DNA of 63,989 bases, counting the filler, from Octopus bimaculoides (lineage: Eukaryota), in NCBI RefSeq assembly GCF_001194135.2. It is 7 parts of 6 records of this genome, joined end to end, with 100 filler letters (N's around TTAATTAATTAA, not from the genome) between each part and the next. Parts side by side here need not be neighbours in the genome. Positions count along the whole stretch, not along the records: positions 1 to 26,286 come from NC_068983.1; positions 26,387 to 32,887 come from NC_069005.1; 5 more parts are not named here. One strand, 5' to 3'. Shown here piece by piece: positions 13,940 to 26,790 of the stretch. Each line of letters begins with the position of its first letter. Positions within the stretch are counted from its first letter, which is position 1. The notes beneath the pieces are model-generated. The model saw only the letters and a list, made by a program, of their open reading frames with translations. It was not told where the DNA came from and ran no database searches. The position numbers were made by a program, and so were the translations under genes.

Positions 13940-14560
13940 AACTCTCCCATCAGTTTTGACATATGAAGATCCGACAGTCTACACTTTTTTGTCAGTCATA
14001 ATGCTGAAGTTGAATGTGACATTTGAGTCCTGCCAACGGTTTGCAAAGTAGGCCCAATGTTGCAAGTATGAGGGCTGCAGATCAGTGCAGGCAGTACATT
14101 TGCAACCTACGGTTTGCAAAGCCCACAGATATTACAGGTATGAGAATTATAGATCAGTGCTGGTGATATATGTGCAGCTGCTTGTCTTGTCTGCCTTGAA
14201 TCCCTAAGTCTGTTTAATGCTAGTTGAAACAATGTCTCTTACACCATTTTGACAGGATGATCTTCATTTTGTTCACTCCAAGGTTGTTTACTCAAAGTTG
14301 TTGTAACCTATATTGACTGGTGAGGGGTTATTTCTCAGCTTGTTCTTATATGGTCAACCAACATTCCTGTGCCCACTATCAAGCTGGGTGTACATGAGGA
14401 CTTTGGGTAATCTTTCGTCACTCATACTAATGACACAGCCACCCCAGCACAATTGCAATTGCATAAGTGAGCTCTGGCTTCCACCAATCTTACACTTGCT
14501 AAACAGACTGACATTAGACACTCTGTCTTTTAGTGAATAACAGCAGATTGTCCTGAGACA
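13940..14560 (-). mobile_element. Degenerate RTE-clade LINE 3' region
   Basis: QLCWGGCVISMSDERLPKVLMYTQLDSGHRNVG matches the RTE post-RT motif (LRWAGHV.RM.D.RLPK.LLYGEL..G.R..G). Confidence 0.8.
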
Positions 14561-14563
14561 GCC

Positions 14564-14596
<33 letters not shown>

Positions 14597-15020
14597 ATGC
14601 AAGCTTATGCAGTAGATGTATAAAAATTTAGCTATTTCCCCATAGATTGAAAAAAAAATGGACAAAATGCCCTAATTGATTTTTGAATGTTATTTGGATC
14701 TCATCACNNNNNNNNNNNNNNNNNNNNNNNNNNNNNNNNNNNNNNNNNNNNNNNNNNNNNNNNNNNNNNNNNNNNNNNNNNNNNNNNNNNNNNNNNNNNN
14801 NNNNNNNNNNNNNNNNNNNNNNNNNNNNNNNNNNNNNNNNNNNNNNNNNNNNNNNNNNNNNNNNNNNNNNNNNNNNNNNNNNNNNNNAACAGCAGATTGT
14901 CCTGAGACAGCCTTTGTGTGTGTGTGTGTGTGTGTGTGTACATGCAAGCTTATGCAGTAGATGTATAACTTCCTAGGTGCAATCCCATGGTCAGTCATGA
15001 CCGAAAGGGGGGTTCTCAGT

Positions 15021-15051
<31 letters not shown>

Positions 15052-15110
15052 GAGAGAGAGAGGGAGAGAGAGATGGATATATTCTCATCGTTATCATCAT
15101 CATAATCCTC

Positions 15111-15622
15111 ATCATCATCATTTAACATCTTCTTTCCTTAACTCAGAATGGTTTGACTGGAATTACCAAGTTCCAGTCTGATTTTGCATGGTTTCTATGG
15201 CTGAACACCCTTCCTAATGACAACCATTCCAAGAGTCTAATGGGTACTTTTTATATGCCAGCAGAATGAGTGCTTTTATGTGCCACCAGCACAGGTGCTG
15301 GTTACGTGACACTGGCTTTGGTCTCAACTAAGATTTCGCTTGGCTTCACGAATCTTTTCAAACAGTATATCACCAATGGTCTCGGTCACTTGTCATCACA
15401 TCCTTGAGGCTCAACATTCCATGATCATCCTTCACTGCTTCATCCCATGTCTTCCTGGGTCTTCCTCTTCCACAGGTTCCCTCCACAGTTAAAGATTGGC
15501 ACTTCTTTACACAGCTGCCCTCATCCATATACATCACATGACCATAACAACTCAATTGTCTCTCTTGCACATCACATTTGATGATTCTTATGCCCAGTTT
15601 TTCTTTCAAGACGCTTACATTT
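15111..15622 (-). mobile_element. 5'-truncated RTE LINE (ORF C-terminus, 3' UTR and (GAT)n tail)
   Basis: LSCYGHVMYMDEGSCVKKCQSLTVEGTCGRGRPRKTWDEAVKDD…TSDRDHW is a typical RTE C-terminus and is followed by the tail shared with the short elements. Confidence 0.88.
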
Positions 15623-15675
15623 TGTCGTACCTGCACACTGACAGTGCACATCCAGCAAAGCATACTAGCTATATA

Positions 15676-15750
<75 letters not shown>

Positions 15751-16507
15751 ATATTTAGATCTCTACCAAATATTATATATATATAATATCATAAGGAGAA
15801 AATGTAGAGTTTTAATAAAATTCAATTTATTAACATATTGTCAAAATTCTCTGTTACCTACAATCGTTTCCATACTCAACTCATTCAATTACAAATTAAT
15901 AAAAATCAAACATTCAAAATTGCATCTTGAAATAGCAAGTTGGATATTCATTTGCACATGCACATGCAAATAAATTTAATACACACATGGACACAAATAA
16001 GTAGAAACAAAAGGCATAAATATATAACGTTTTTTTTTTAATATTAACATGCATACACACACATTGTTGAGTCTGTTGAGGATCAACTGATTGATTAGGA
16101 TGCGATACCTTTTTGTGTCTAATTCTCACCCTGAGGAAATTTTAAATTTACTATTTCAAGATGCAATTCTTAATTTTTAATTTATTAAATTGTAATTGAA
16201 TGAGTTGAGTATGAAAGTGATTGTAGGTAACAGAATTTTGACAATATGTTAATAGATTGAATTTTATTAGTTAAAACACTCTATTTTCTCCTTATAATAT
16301 ATTATATTAAAATATACCCATATATATCGAAGTGTAATATTCATTAAGCTCCATGATATACTTAATTGGTGCCTATTTTAAACCATAAACACCAATACTT
16401 TCAAGTTATACTGGACTCTTAAATTTTTCCTCAATATATAAGATTAAACCAGTGGAGCTTAGATGTTGACACTCCTTTAAGAGCTATCTGTATCCTCAAA
16501 ATAGCTA

Positions 16508-16543
<36 letters not shown>

Positions 16544-18747
16544 ATATGTATGTATATATGTATGTATACACACACACACACACACACACATGTGTATGTA
16601 CATATGTCTGTATGTATCAGGGAATGCAACATTGCAAACTATAACTTAAAGATTCTTATCTATTTCTGGTTAAGTGGGTAAAAAGGGAACTTGAAAATTT
16701 GTATGTGAAGAATCATGACGTAAAAACATTTGAATAATATAGTGGATACTGTTCAGTTGATATGATTTAACATGAAAATGTTACTGGGTAAAAAAACAGA
16801 ATCAAGGTTAGAAAATATTGAAGGTGACATTTACTGTGGAGACAATAAAAGTAAATTATACAAAGTAATGTAGATGACATAAGAACAAAATATGCATACT
16901 TGGGAAAAAGATAGTTGTGCATATGTTAAAATGTAAAAAAAAATGTATGTTAACAATCGACTGTGTGTAGAAAAACAAATAATAATGTTGTATGAGAAAT
17001 AGCTCATGACAGATCGATGTCTTTGGGGAATCTTTAAAAGTGGAAATACAAAGTATAAAAATTGTTTTACTATTCTAATTTTTGTGCTAAATTCATAATT
17101 GCAAAGTATTTTAAAGCACTTCAGCAGAAAAGTAGTATCTCAGAGCATTTATGCAATCTACAACTATCTTGAAACAATATAATTTCTGGCTTGAGCAAAG
17201 CTTACAGCATGTATTCAAAAGAAAACTACAAGTTACATATAAAAGTTTGACGATGGATTGACCATAGATCAAGTTTCTTTAAACTCCCAAATGTGTTTGG
17301 AGTGGCTGGTGACAATTTTTTTCAGAATTTTATATACATGAATATGTGTATTATGTGTGTGTGTACATGTGTATGTAGATGTGTGTATGTAGATGTGTGC
17401 ATGTATGTGTGTCTACATACAGCTATACACAAATATATATTACATATACATGCATAAATATATAGACATATATAGGTTTGAAATTTTGGCACAAGGTCAG
17501 ATAAATAGATATATATCAAAAAATTGTATAGATGATTACTTACATTTAAAATTACAATACCTCCTCTCTAAGGGACTCATCTCCCAATACTCATCACTCA
17601 TCCCCATCTCTCACCTTTCATTCATCACTCTCCCACCATTAGTCTTTCATTTGTCACTCTCCCATCACTCTCCATTACATTCATTCCCCATAACTTAATC
17701 TTCCATCACCCATCTCCCAAATTATTCAGCCTCTCTCGCTATGTTATATTCGTTGTATTATTCTGTTGGTATAATGGATAAATGCAGTATTTAATACACC
17801 ATACCATCACAATATTTTTATAATACCAGTCAGCACTTTGCATTAGGAGACATAGACTGATGTTTGTTCATGTCATATGGCTTGGTTTCTTGGCCAGACA
17901 CCTTTTCTATCAACAAACACTTCACAAATGTATTCAATGCATTTTCTAATGAAATCTACACAAAAAAGTTCAAAAAGTCCTCTAGTGAACTAGCACAAGA
18001 ATGTTCTTACAATTCTATGCTTTTTTTGCTTATTAGGCAACCGCGTTAGAAGGTGAACACTAGGTTGTGTGCCTCGTTCACAGTAAATGTAAATGTAGGA
18101 AGTACACAGTAGCCTTAAGCATGTAGACTAATGTTGAAAAGGAAGAGCAATGATGATGACAGAAGGGTCAGAAATGAGTATTTGAGAGGAGAGATAGGGC
18201 TATGAGAGTCGGTGACCTATGCAAAAGTTTAGGTGACCAAAGAAGAGAGTAGGAGGGAGAGCAATGACATTGATAAAACCAGAATGGGTGGGGAAGTGGA
18301 GGTAGCAAGAATATTATAGGAAGAAGGTATGGATATGTGGGAGTGATGTTAAGTGGGGAATGATTCGCAATGGGAAATGTGGCCAAATGTAAAAAAACGA
18401 GTTGGTGGAAAGAGCATGAGTGGGAGGATGATTGTCACCTAATCCAGCCTTTAACACATTAATCTACTGAAGGGCAAATGAGTGATGAGGTTGGTGTAAT
18501 CAACACAGGTGGTGGAGAGAAGAGTAATGGAGGACTCTGAGTGATGATGCATGAGGGGAATAAACAACAGGTAAATGGTAGAAAGGGAAGATAATCTTGG
18601 TAGAGTACAAAATATGGTAGCCTCAGAATACTACAATTGAGCTATGGTACAGGTTGTTGTGAGTGTTTGAGTCCACTACTGCACACCATATCACCAGTCA
18701 GAGAAGATCCATTTTCAGTTCCTCTGTTAGATGTAACATATTTGAGT

Positions 18748-18789
<42 letters not shown>

Positions 18790-18997
18790 GTGTGTGTGTG
18801 TGCATGTGAGTGTGTGTGTGTGTGTGTGTGTAGACATATATGTATTTCTANNNNNNNNNNNNNNNNNNNNNNNNNNNNNNNNNNNNNNNNNNNNNNNNNN
18901 NNNNNNNNNNNNNNNNNNNNNNNNNNNNNNNNNNNNNNNNNNNNNNNNNNNNNNNNNNNNNNNNNNNNNNNNNNNNNNNNNNNNNNNNNNNNNNNNN

Positions 18998-19237
18998 AGA
19001 CTCATGATCATTAGATTGAGGGTTTGATTCCCTGATTGGGTGGCGCATCATTTTCTTGAGCAAAACATTTCATTTCATGTTGCTCCAGTCACCTTTCAAC
19101 CAGGGGGAAAAGTTGGCCTGCTCACCTAGCCAGCGGAGTGACGTCATTTAAAGGTTAAAACAATGCAAATATGCATTGTAACCAGCGATGTGTAACAACA
19201 TTTGGTAGCCTGGTTGGTCACATGGTTACATGTGATA
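18998..19237 (+). mobile_element. Probable tRNA-SINE of a further family (5' end in gap)
   Basis: B-box-like GGTTTGATTCC, then TTCTTGAGCAAAACATTTCATTTC, and a GGTCACATGGTTACATGTGAT tail. Confidence 0.5.
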
Positions 19238-19259
19238 TATTTCTGGATACATCTATGTA

Positions 19260-19298
<39 letters not shown>

Positions 19299-19806
19299 TT
19301 ATTATCATCATTTTGATGTCCAATTTTCCATGCTTGCATGAGTCAAGCAGATTTTGTTGAGGCTGATTTTCTGTGGCTGGATGCCCTTCCTATCATCAAG
19401 TCTAACCTGTTCGCAAACAAATTGCTGTCTTTTCCATGGTTCAGTATGTTTCATGGAGAGCTGGAAACAAACAATACCATTTCCATGGTGAAACTTGCTT
19501 ACAACTATCACATCACACACACACACACTCATACACACATGCTTGCATACACATGTACATATACAGTGGCTTCTTTCAGTTTCCACCTACCAAACCAACT
19601 TGCAAGTGGTTGGCCCACAGTTGAAGTAGAAGACATTTGCCAAAAGTGCTTGAAAGTGAAAATGAACCTTAAATCATGTGGTTGGGTAATGGTATTCTCA
19701 ACAAAACAGCTATACATGCAGCTATATATAGACATATATATTTATACATATGCCAATATATAGGTTGATAGATTAATATATATATATATNNNNNNNNNNA
19801 TATATA

Positions 19807-19940
19807 TATGAGGGCGAGTGAAAAATTATACACACTCTTGCGTTTTCAATGTATTTGCACAAAAAGCAGGGGATAAACAAGTACGTTGTTTTTCTATATA
19901 GTCTCCTTCCTTTTTGATAAACTTGGTCCAGCAGTCTACA
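19807..19940 (+). mobile_element. Mariner-like terminal fragment
   Basis: TA-TGAGGGCGAGTGAAAAATTATACACACT resembles mariner TIRs. No matching right end was found. Confidence 0.45.
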
Positions 19941-20139
19941 ATAGTTTTTTTCAGTTTATCATACTTTGATAAGGCAAAAGTCTATAACATTCCACCCCAG
20001 TACGTCACTATTTTCCCCGAAAGTTGATTTTTTAAAATATTTTCTACAGATTGCTTGAAGCCCACTTTTCCACACATCGATCCTATGATCTTACTTTTAT
20101 ATATCTATATTTACACACGCAAACACACACACACATATA

Positions 20140-20204
<65 letters not shown>

Positions 20205-21404
20205 ATAAATATGTATGGCCGGTGGCACAGAAAAAGCACCCACTATACTCTCGGAATGGTTGGTGTTAGGAAGGGCATCCATGTGTAGAAACTCTGCCAA
20301 ATCAGATTGGAGTCTGGTGTAGCCATCCGCTTCGCCAGTCCCCAGTCAAATCGTCCAACCCATGCTAGCATGGAAAGCAGACGTTAAATGATGATGATGA
20401 TGATGATGATATATAAGTATATGTGNNNNNNNNNNNNNNNNNNNNNNNNNNNNNNNNNNNNNNNNNNNNNNNNNNNNNNNNNNNNNNNNNNNNNNNNNNN
20501 NNNNNNNNNNNNNNNNNNNNNNNNNNNNNNNNNNNNNNNNNNNNNNNNNNNNNNNNNNNNNNNNNNNNNNNNNNNNNNNNNNNNNNNNNNNNNNNNNNNN
20601 NNNNNNNNNNNNNNNNNNNNNNNNNNNNNNNNNNNNNNNNNNNNNNNNNNNNNNNNNNNNNNNNNNNNNNNNNNNNNNNNNNNNNNNNNNNNNNNNNNNN
20701 NNNNNNNNNNNNNNNNNNNNNNNNNNNNNNNNNNNNNNNNNNNNNNNNNNNNNNNNNNNNNNNNNNNNNNNNNNNNNNNNNNNNNNNNNNNNNNNNNNNN
20801 NNNNNNNNNNNNNNNNNNNNNNNNNNNNNNNNNNNNNNNNNNNNNNNNNNNNNNNNNNNNNNNNNNNNNNNNNNNNNNNNNNNNNNNNNNNNNNNNNNNN
20901 NNNNNNNNNNNNNNNNNNNNNNNNNNNNNNNNNNNNNNNNNNNNNNNNNNNNNNNNNNNNNNNNNNNNNNNNNNNNNNNNNNNNNNNNNNNNNNNNNNNN
21001 NNNNNNNNNNNNNNNNNNNNNNNNNNNNNNNNNNNNNNNNNNNNNNNNNNNNNNNNNNNNNNNNNNNNNNNNNNNNNNNNNNNNNNNNNNNNNNNNNNNN
21101 NNNNNNNNNNNNNNNNNNNNNNNNNNNNNNNNNNNNNNNNNNNNNNNNCCACCGTCAAGGTCATGCACTGTTTATCTTGGTATGAGATCACCATGTCGCA
21201 TACATATGGTTGTGATGCATGTGCCTGGTGTACCCATATCAGATGGGTAGTCATGATGGGTATATTGAGCTTCGTATATTTTACCCCAGTGTCACTTTGA
21301 TGGCATGCACTGCTCTCTCACTCAATACTAATAATAATAATAATAATAGTAATAATAATAATAATAAGGTGGCTAGCAAGTTTACACCTTTACAGGTAAA
21401 AATA

Positions 21405-21715
21405 AAAGACTAAATTTAGATTCAATAGGGTTTATAAATACCACTTGCTATAAATAGAGCCATCTCTCCAAAACCACAAATTACTCACTGTTAAGATACA
21501 CACACCCAATGCAATGAATGTAACAGAAACAGGCTTGATTCTGAGATACATACATTCCTTACTTCTGTATTCCATGCAGGGTAAGCCTGTTTCTGTTATG
21601 TTCATTGCACTGGAGGTGTGTATCTTAATAGTGAGTAATTTGTGGTTTTGGAGTGATGGCTCTGTTTAAAGCAAGTGATATTTATATTATCCTATTGAAC
21701 CTGAATTTAGTTTTT
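21405..21715. mobile_element. Foldback/palindromic MITE-like element (arms about 130 bp, 46-nt spacer)
   Basis: 21405-21536 is the imperfect reverse complement of 21583-21715. Confidence 0.75.
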
Positions 21716-21758
21716 ATATATATATATAATATTATATATGTATAATATGAGTGTGTGT

Positions 21759-21794
<36 letters not shown>

Positions 21795-23258
21795 TCATCA
21801 TCATCATCATTCATATATGCATATATATATGTATATATGTATATGTATATATGCACATATACACACATACACACACACAGACATACATTATGTGTATGCG
21901 TTTATGTATCTTACCTTATTGCATTAAGGAGAGTAAATCTCTAAGAAGCACATTTTTAAATGGCAATTTGTGCTCTTCCTTTCCTTTTTTTTTTCTTTTT
22001 TTTTCACATTTTCACCAAATTCATTTTCGCTTTCGTGATATCAGAATGAGAATGTTAATATCTTTAGAGATGTACTTAATTCCAGTACTATTGTCATCTA
22101 CTTTCCTATAAACACATTTAACAGGAAGCAAATTATGCATTAGTATTATCAAGAGCATCAGTCTGTAAAGACAACATTGTCACTAATGTAGTACATGCAA
22201 AGTGATGTGATGTGGTTAATTAAATATAAGGGTTTGGGGAAGCACCTCGTTGACCGGGGAACTTAGGTGATCCCATACTATATGTGTCTATATGCGCATA
22301 CTTATATGCAAATACTTACACAGATATTTACTTATGCATATACGCACACACAGATACACCTCCTCGCACACACAATCATCTGTACATATGATTACTTGTG
22401 AAATGTGAATTAAAGCACTCCCCCTTTTGCCATACATATTTTATGTGTATAAATAATACTAAAGCAGCAACATAACCCTTGCATACCATATAAGGTAAAG
22501 AATCAGACAAAAGAAATTTTGCCTGGTTATGATGAGACATTATCATGAATTAATGATAATCTAATCAGCATATCTTTTATCTTTTATCTTTTGTTTGTTG
22601 AAGTCATTAAACTGTGGCCATGCTGGGGCACTGCCTTGAATAATGTTGATTAATCTGAAATTTAAAGTTAGATATGCTTTCTGATATGAAGGCTGTACAA
22701 GTAATGAGTAAATCTTATACTGTTATCATAAGGTATAACTTAATTAACATTTCATGATTAATCATTGTCAAATTATTTCGAAATTCATGGTTAATTGGCT
22801 TCCCTGGTGGGACCACATTGAGGAGGTTAACAAGAGCAAGGGGAGGAGATATGCTGAGGTAATGGAATTATGTCAAAGCAATGAAAGTCAAAGTGTGATC
22901 ATATTAAGGTGGAATGCAAAGGGTTTCTGGACCAGTCTTACAGAAGTGAGTGTTTATTGAGCTAAAACACCTCAAGCTCCACGAGGCTCTGTACTCTTTC
23001 ATATGCTGTACTCTTTTCGTATGCAAGCCGGCAGGGCTCGCTCTGAGCACTCTAATTTTTTCACAGTGAACGTACTGGCTGCCTTGGACACTCTTAAGAA
23101 GAAGAGAGAAAAAGAGAGAAAAATTGAGGTTCGTGGAGCGGCAAAGCGTGCAGCACCGTCGGCCTAGCACACTGTATGCGGGTGGATGCAGGCTGGGTGA
23201 AAACTGCATGGTCGGCAGCAGCAGAGAGACGACAGGAGGCAGTGGCAGGAACGAGTGC

Positions 23259-23516
23259 TTGCTTGGTAATACAGGGGCCAGTAGGCAGTTGACCATCAGG
23301 TTAGCTGTGGAGGCAGCAGAGGCTGCTTCAAGGTGGCTGTGGATCAGATGGTGTGAGCCCTAGAAGGGAAGTACTACCATGGGTAGTGCTAACTGGACAC
23401 TAGCTGGAGTTTGATCAACCCTGACTGGATCACCTGGGTAAGGGTGTTAAATGATGAAAGAGTCAAAGCACCTAAGGATCACAAGAAATATCACTGATGA
23501 TATTTTCAGGTGCATC
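23259..23516 (+). mobile_element. 3' end of a HERO/NeSL-type REL retrotransposon
   Basis: LLGNTGASRQLTIRLAVEAAEAASRWLWIRW matches the HERO C-terminus (…EAAEKASRWLW…) as I recall it. It is followed by a HERO-like 3' UTR (GGATCACCTGGGTAAGGGTG…ATCACTGATGAT). Confidence 0.7.
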
Positions 23517-23794
23517 ATGAGATGATGTCTGGAAAAACCTAAATATAAGTACAAATTCACAGCTTCACATATTTTTGGAATGGAACCAGGGCCTATAATG
23601 GCTCTGGGCAAAGCAATGCATTGTGGCCCTTACATTTATTTGTTAATAACAAACCATAACATTCAATGATTAGCAATAGGCCTCCAGACCCATGGGGACC
23701 TCCAAGGCAGCCTTGTGTGTCCATGCCTTATGAGAGCATTGGGGAAAAGAAAAAGATTAGATGAGCATCAATACCTGAATGTTTCAACTTCATA

Positions 23795-23827
<33 letters not shown>

Positions 23828-24633
23828 TGAGAACCCAACAAGTTTTTTAAATTTATTAAAACTTTTTGATAATGAGTCTTTCGTGGTAAGCTTTAACCTA
23901 GAATGTAATGGGACATAAGTATGCATCCACCATGTGTCATTTTATGCTATACTTACTTTTTTTTCTTTATCTGTTATATTACTTTCCTATCTAATTGCTC
24001 AAAATAATACAAATAATTGTGTGAAGAAGTAACACCATAACAATGCAACAAATTTCTATTGAAAATCCTCTAAGTAGGATTAATCCTGTAATGATTCTGT
24101 TACAGTACTGTTGTGGCGAGAGTCACTGACAACCCTGTGGAATTGGAAGAATGGACTCTTATAGAGAGTAGTGTATTGGTTGAGAATGGGAGAAGTTGTA
24201 GGAATCGTTAAGTGTTCATGGAAGTCGTAGTAAGACGTTGTGTTCGTTGAGAGTTTATATTTACTGGAGTATCATGTTTAGTGGAGTTATTTGAAGTACA
24301 TCGTGTGAAGACAGTTGTGTCTATCCCTGCTTCATGAAAACTGTATATCCAACATGTAGAAGGATATAAAAAGTACAGAAATAACTGAGGGGATAAGGGT
24401 TGTATGATTCTGGTGATATCATGCCTTTCTGAACTGGCTGACATGTGCAGTCCCATGTAGTACTGTATCATGTAGGAAGTTAAGAGTTAATGTAATCCTT
24501 TTGTTTCTTTCTCCCCTTCATCATCGTAATCATTAAACATCCTCGTTTCCATGCTGGAAAATTAATCTCCCTCTCTTGCTCAACAGTTACTCTCTCTCCT
24601 TCTCTCTCTCTCTCTCTCTCTCTNNNNNNNNNN

Positions 24634-24695
<62 letters not shown>

Positions 24696-25288
24696 TATAT
24701 TCTCTCTCTCGCTCTCACACACACTTTCTCTGTTACTCACTATATCACTTTCCTCCTCTCTCTTTTTCGTTCTTACACTAATTGCTCATTTATTATTGTG
24801 TAACCTTGATCTGTTAGATTTATGACAAACAACATTTAAGCTACAGCCATCTCAATTTATTTAGCTCTACATTATTCAATGTGTTATTTAAGGATTTTAT
24901 TTAAAGGGAGATTAGAAAGACAGATTATAAAGTCAGGTGACTATGTAAAAGTTTGCTTTATTTACTCTTAATTGTTGATATCACTCATGGTGTTGTTGTT
25001 GTTGTTAAGTCCCAAGTCAGCTCTGAAGACGCAGATCTTTGATTGTTTTTATGTATTGACACAGTATATTTAGGAAAACATCAAGCAATGTTTCATTTTT
25101 CTTTCTTTTTCGTCTTTTATTTATTTTCCTCTTTTTTTTTTTTTTTTGATAGCTGGTGGGATCCTAAGGAGATTTTGACTGCTTTTTGAAGCTGGTTAAG
25201 TAACAATATCGAGGCCATGATTCTCTTTCATTCTATGGTTCATAATCTCTCGTTGTCTCTGCCTCATGCCACCAATCATTTCATCACT

Positions 25289-25367
<79 letters not shown>

Positions 25368-25799
25368 GCTTCTTCTCTCTTGATTGTAATAGTTTTTGAT
25401 ATTTGGCACTTTTATTCACACATTATTTCGGTCTCTTGTACAACTTCTCTTTGAAAGATTTTTATCTATTTTTTCTTTATTATTATTATTATTATTATTA
25501 CTTTGCAGGCTCTTGCAGATACATGAATAGCAGATTTGTGTAATGTATAATAGATATGTATGCTATAATTTTTTTTTATTGTATTCAAAGACTTAGATTA
25601 TTACCCATAGCCCAAAGCAGATCTTTTACATCAGAAGTTGTGAAGGAAACAAGTGAAATTGCTATGGCACATGGAGTGATTGAAAAGTTGCACAGAAGTT
25701 TAACAAAAAGTGCATTGCAAAGTATAGAACACTTTATATCGCATAGTATAGTGTTTATATTTGCTGACCTCACCACATACATACGTATATATACATGCA

Positions 25800-25835
25800 T
25801 TCAAATATGCATATATATATACATATAAATTGGTA

Positions 25836-25896
<61 letters not shown>

Positions 25897-26133
25897 CCAC
25901 ACATAGATATATATAAATACATGTGTGTGTGTGTGTGTACATATATATATATATAAATATACATATATATACATACATAGATATATAAATATATATATAT
26001 ATATATATACACATACATATATATACATATATATAAATATATATATACATACATTTCTACATATATATATGTATGCGTATGTATATATATGTATGTGTAT
26101 ATATGCATATATATGTGTGTGTGTGTGTGTGTA

Positions 26134-26192
<59 letters not shown>

Positions 26193-26214
26193 TTTAACAT
26201 AAATAGAGACACAA

Positions 26215-26273
<59 letters not shown>

Positions 26274-26386
26274 TACATACAAATATNNNNNNNNNNNNNN
26301 NNNNNNNNNNNNNNNNNNNNNNNNNNNNNNTTAATTAATTAANNNNNNNNNNNNNNNNNNNNNNNNNNNNNNNNNNNNNNNNNNNN

Positions 26387-26423
<37 letters not shown>

Positions 26424-26700
26424 TATACATATATGCATATATATCTGTCTATATACATATATAATTGCAAACATTACTTCATATACATATATTCATATAC
26501 ATATATATATATATATATAATTTTATATACATAAATATAGGCATATATAATATACAAATAATTATGCATCTACATATGTATGTGTGTGCGTCTGTATACA
26601 TGCGTATACACATATATATATACACATATATATATATACATATATGCATAGATATATAGATAAATACATTCATATATATATATATTCATATGTGCAAACA
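25800..26700. repeat. Compound (TA)n/(TG)n/(GA)n/(GATA)n microsatellite block
   Basis: Read directly; source of many YI/VC pseudo-ORFs. Confidence 0.95.
26331..26342. other. Assembly gap linker TTAATTAATTAA (also at 32932, 50011, 53309, 59042 and 61933)
   Basis: Identical 12-mer with stops in all six frames, always centred in an N gap of about 100 nt. Confidence 0.95.
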
Positions 26701-26741
26701 TGTATGTATGTTTGCACATGAATGTTTTAATGCATGTGTAT

Positions 26742-26790
<49 letters not shown>

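Noticed and set aside
14539-14968. About 80-bp direct duplication on both sides of a gap (14539-14623 and 14888-14968)
   Set aside because: Identical copies flanking an N gap are most simply an unmerged contig overlap.
24050-24480. Unique-looking segment with 60-90-codon open frames on the minus strand
   Set aside because: No recognisable motif and no consistent splice sites.
26331-26342. Recurrent TTAATTAATTAA palindrome as a regulatory or recombination site
   Set aside because: Always centred in gaps of about 100 N; a scaffolding linker.
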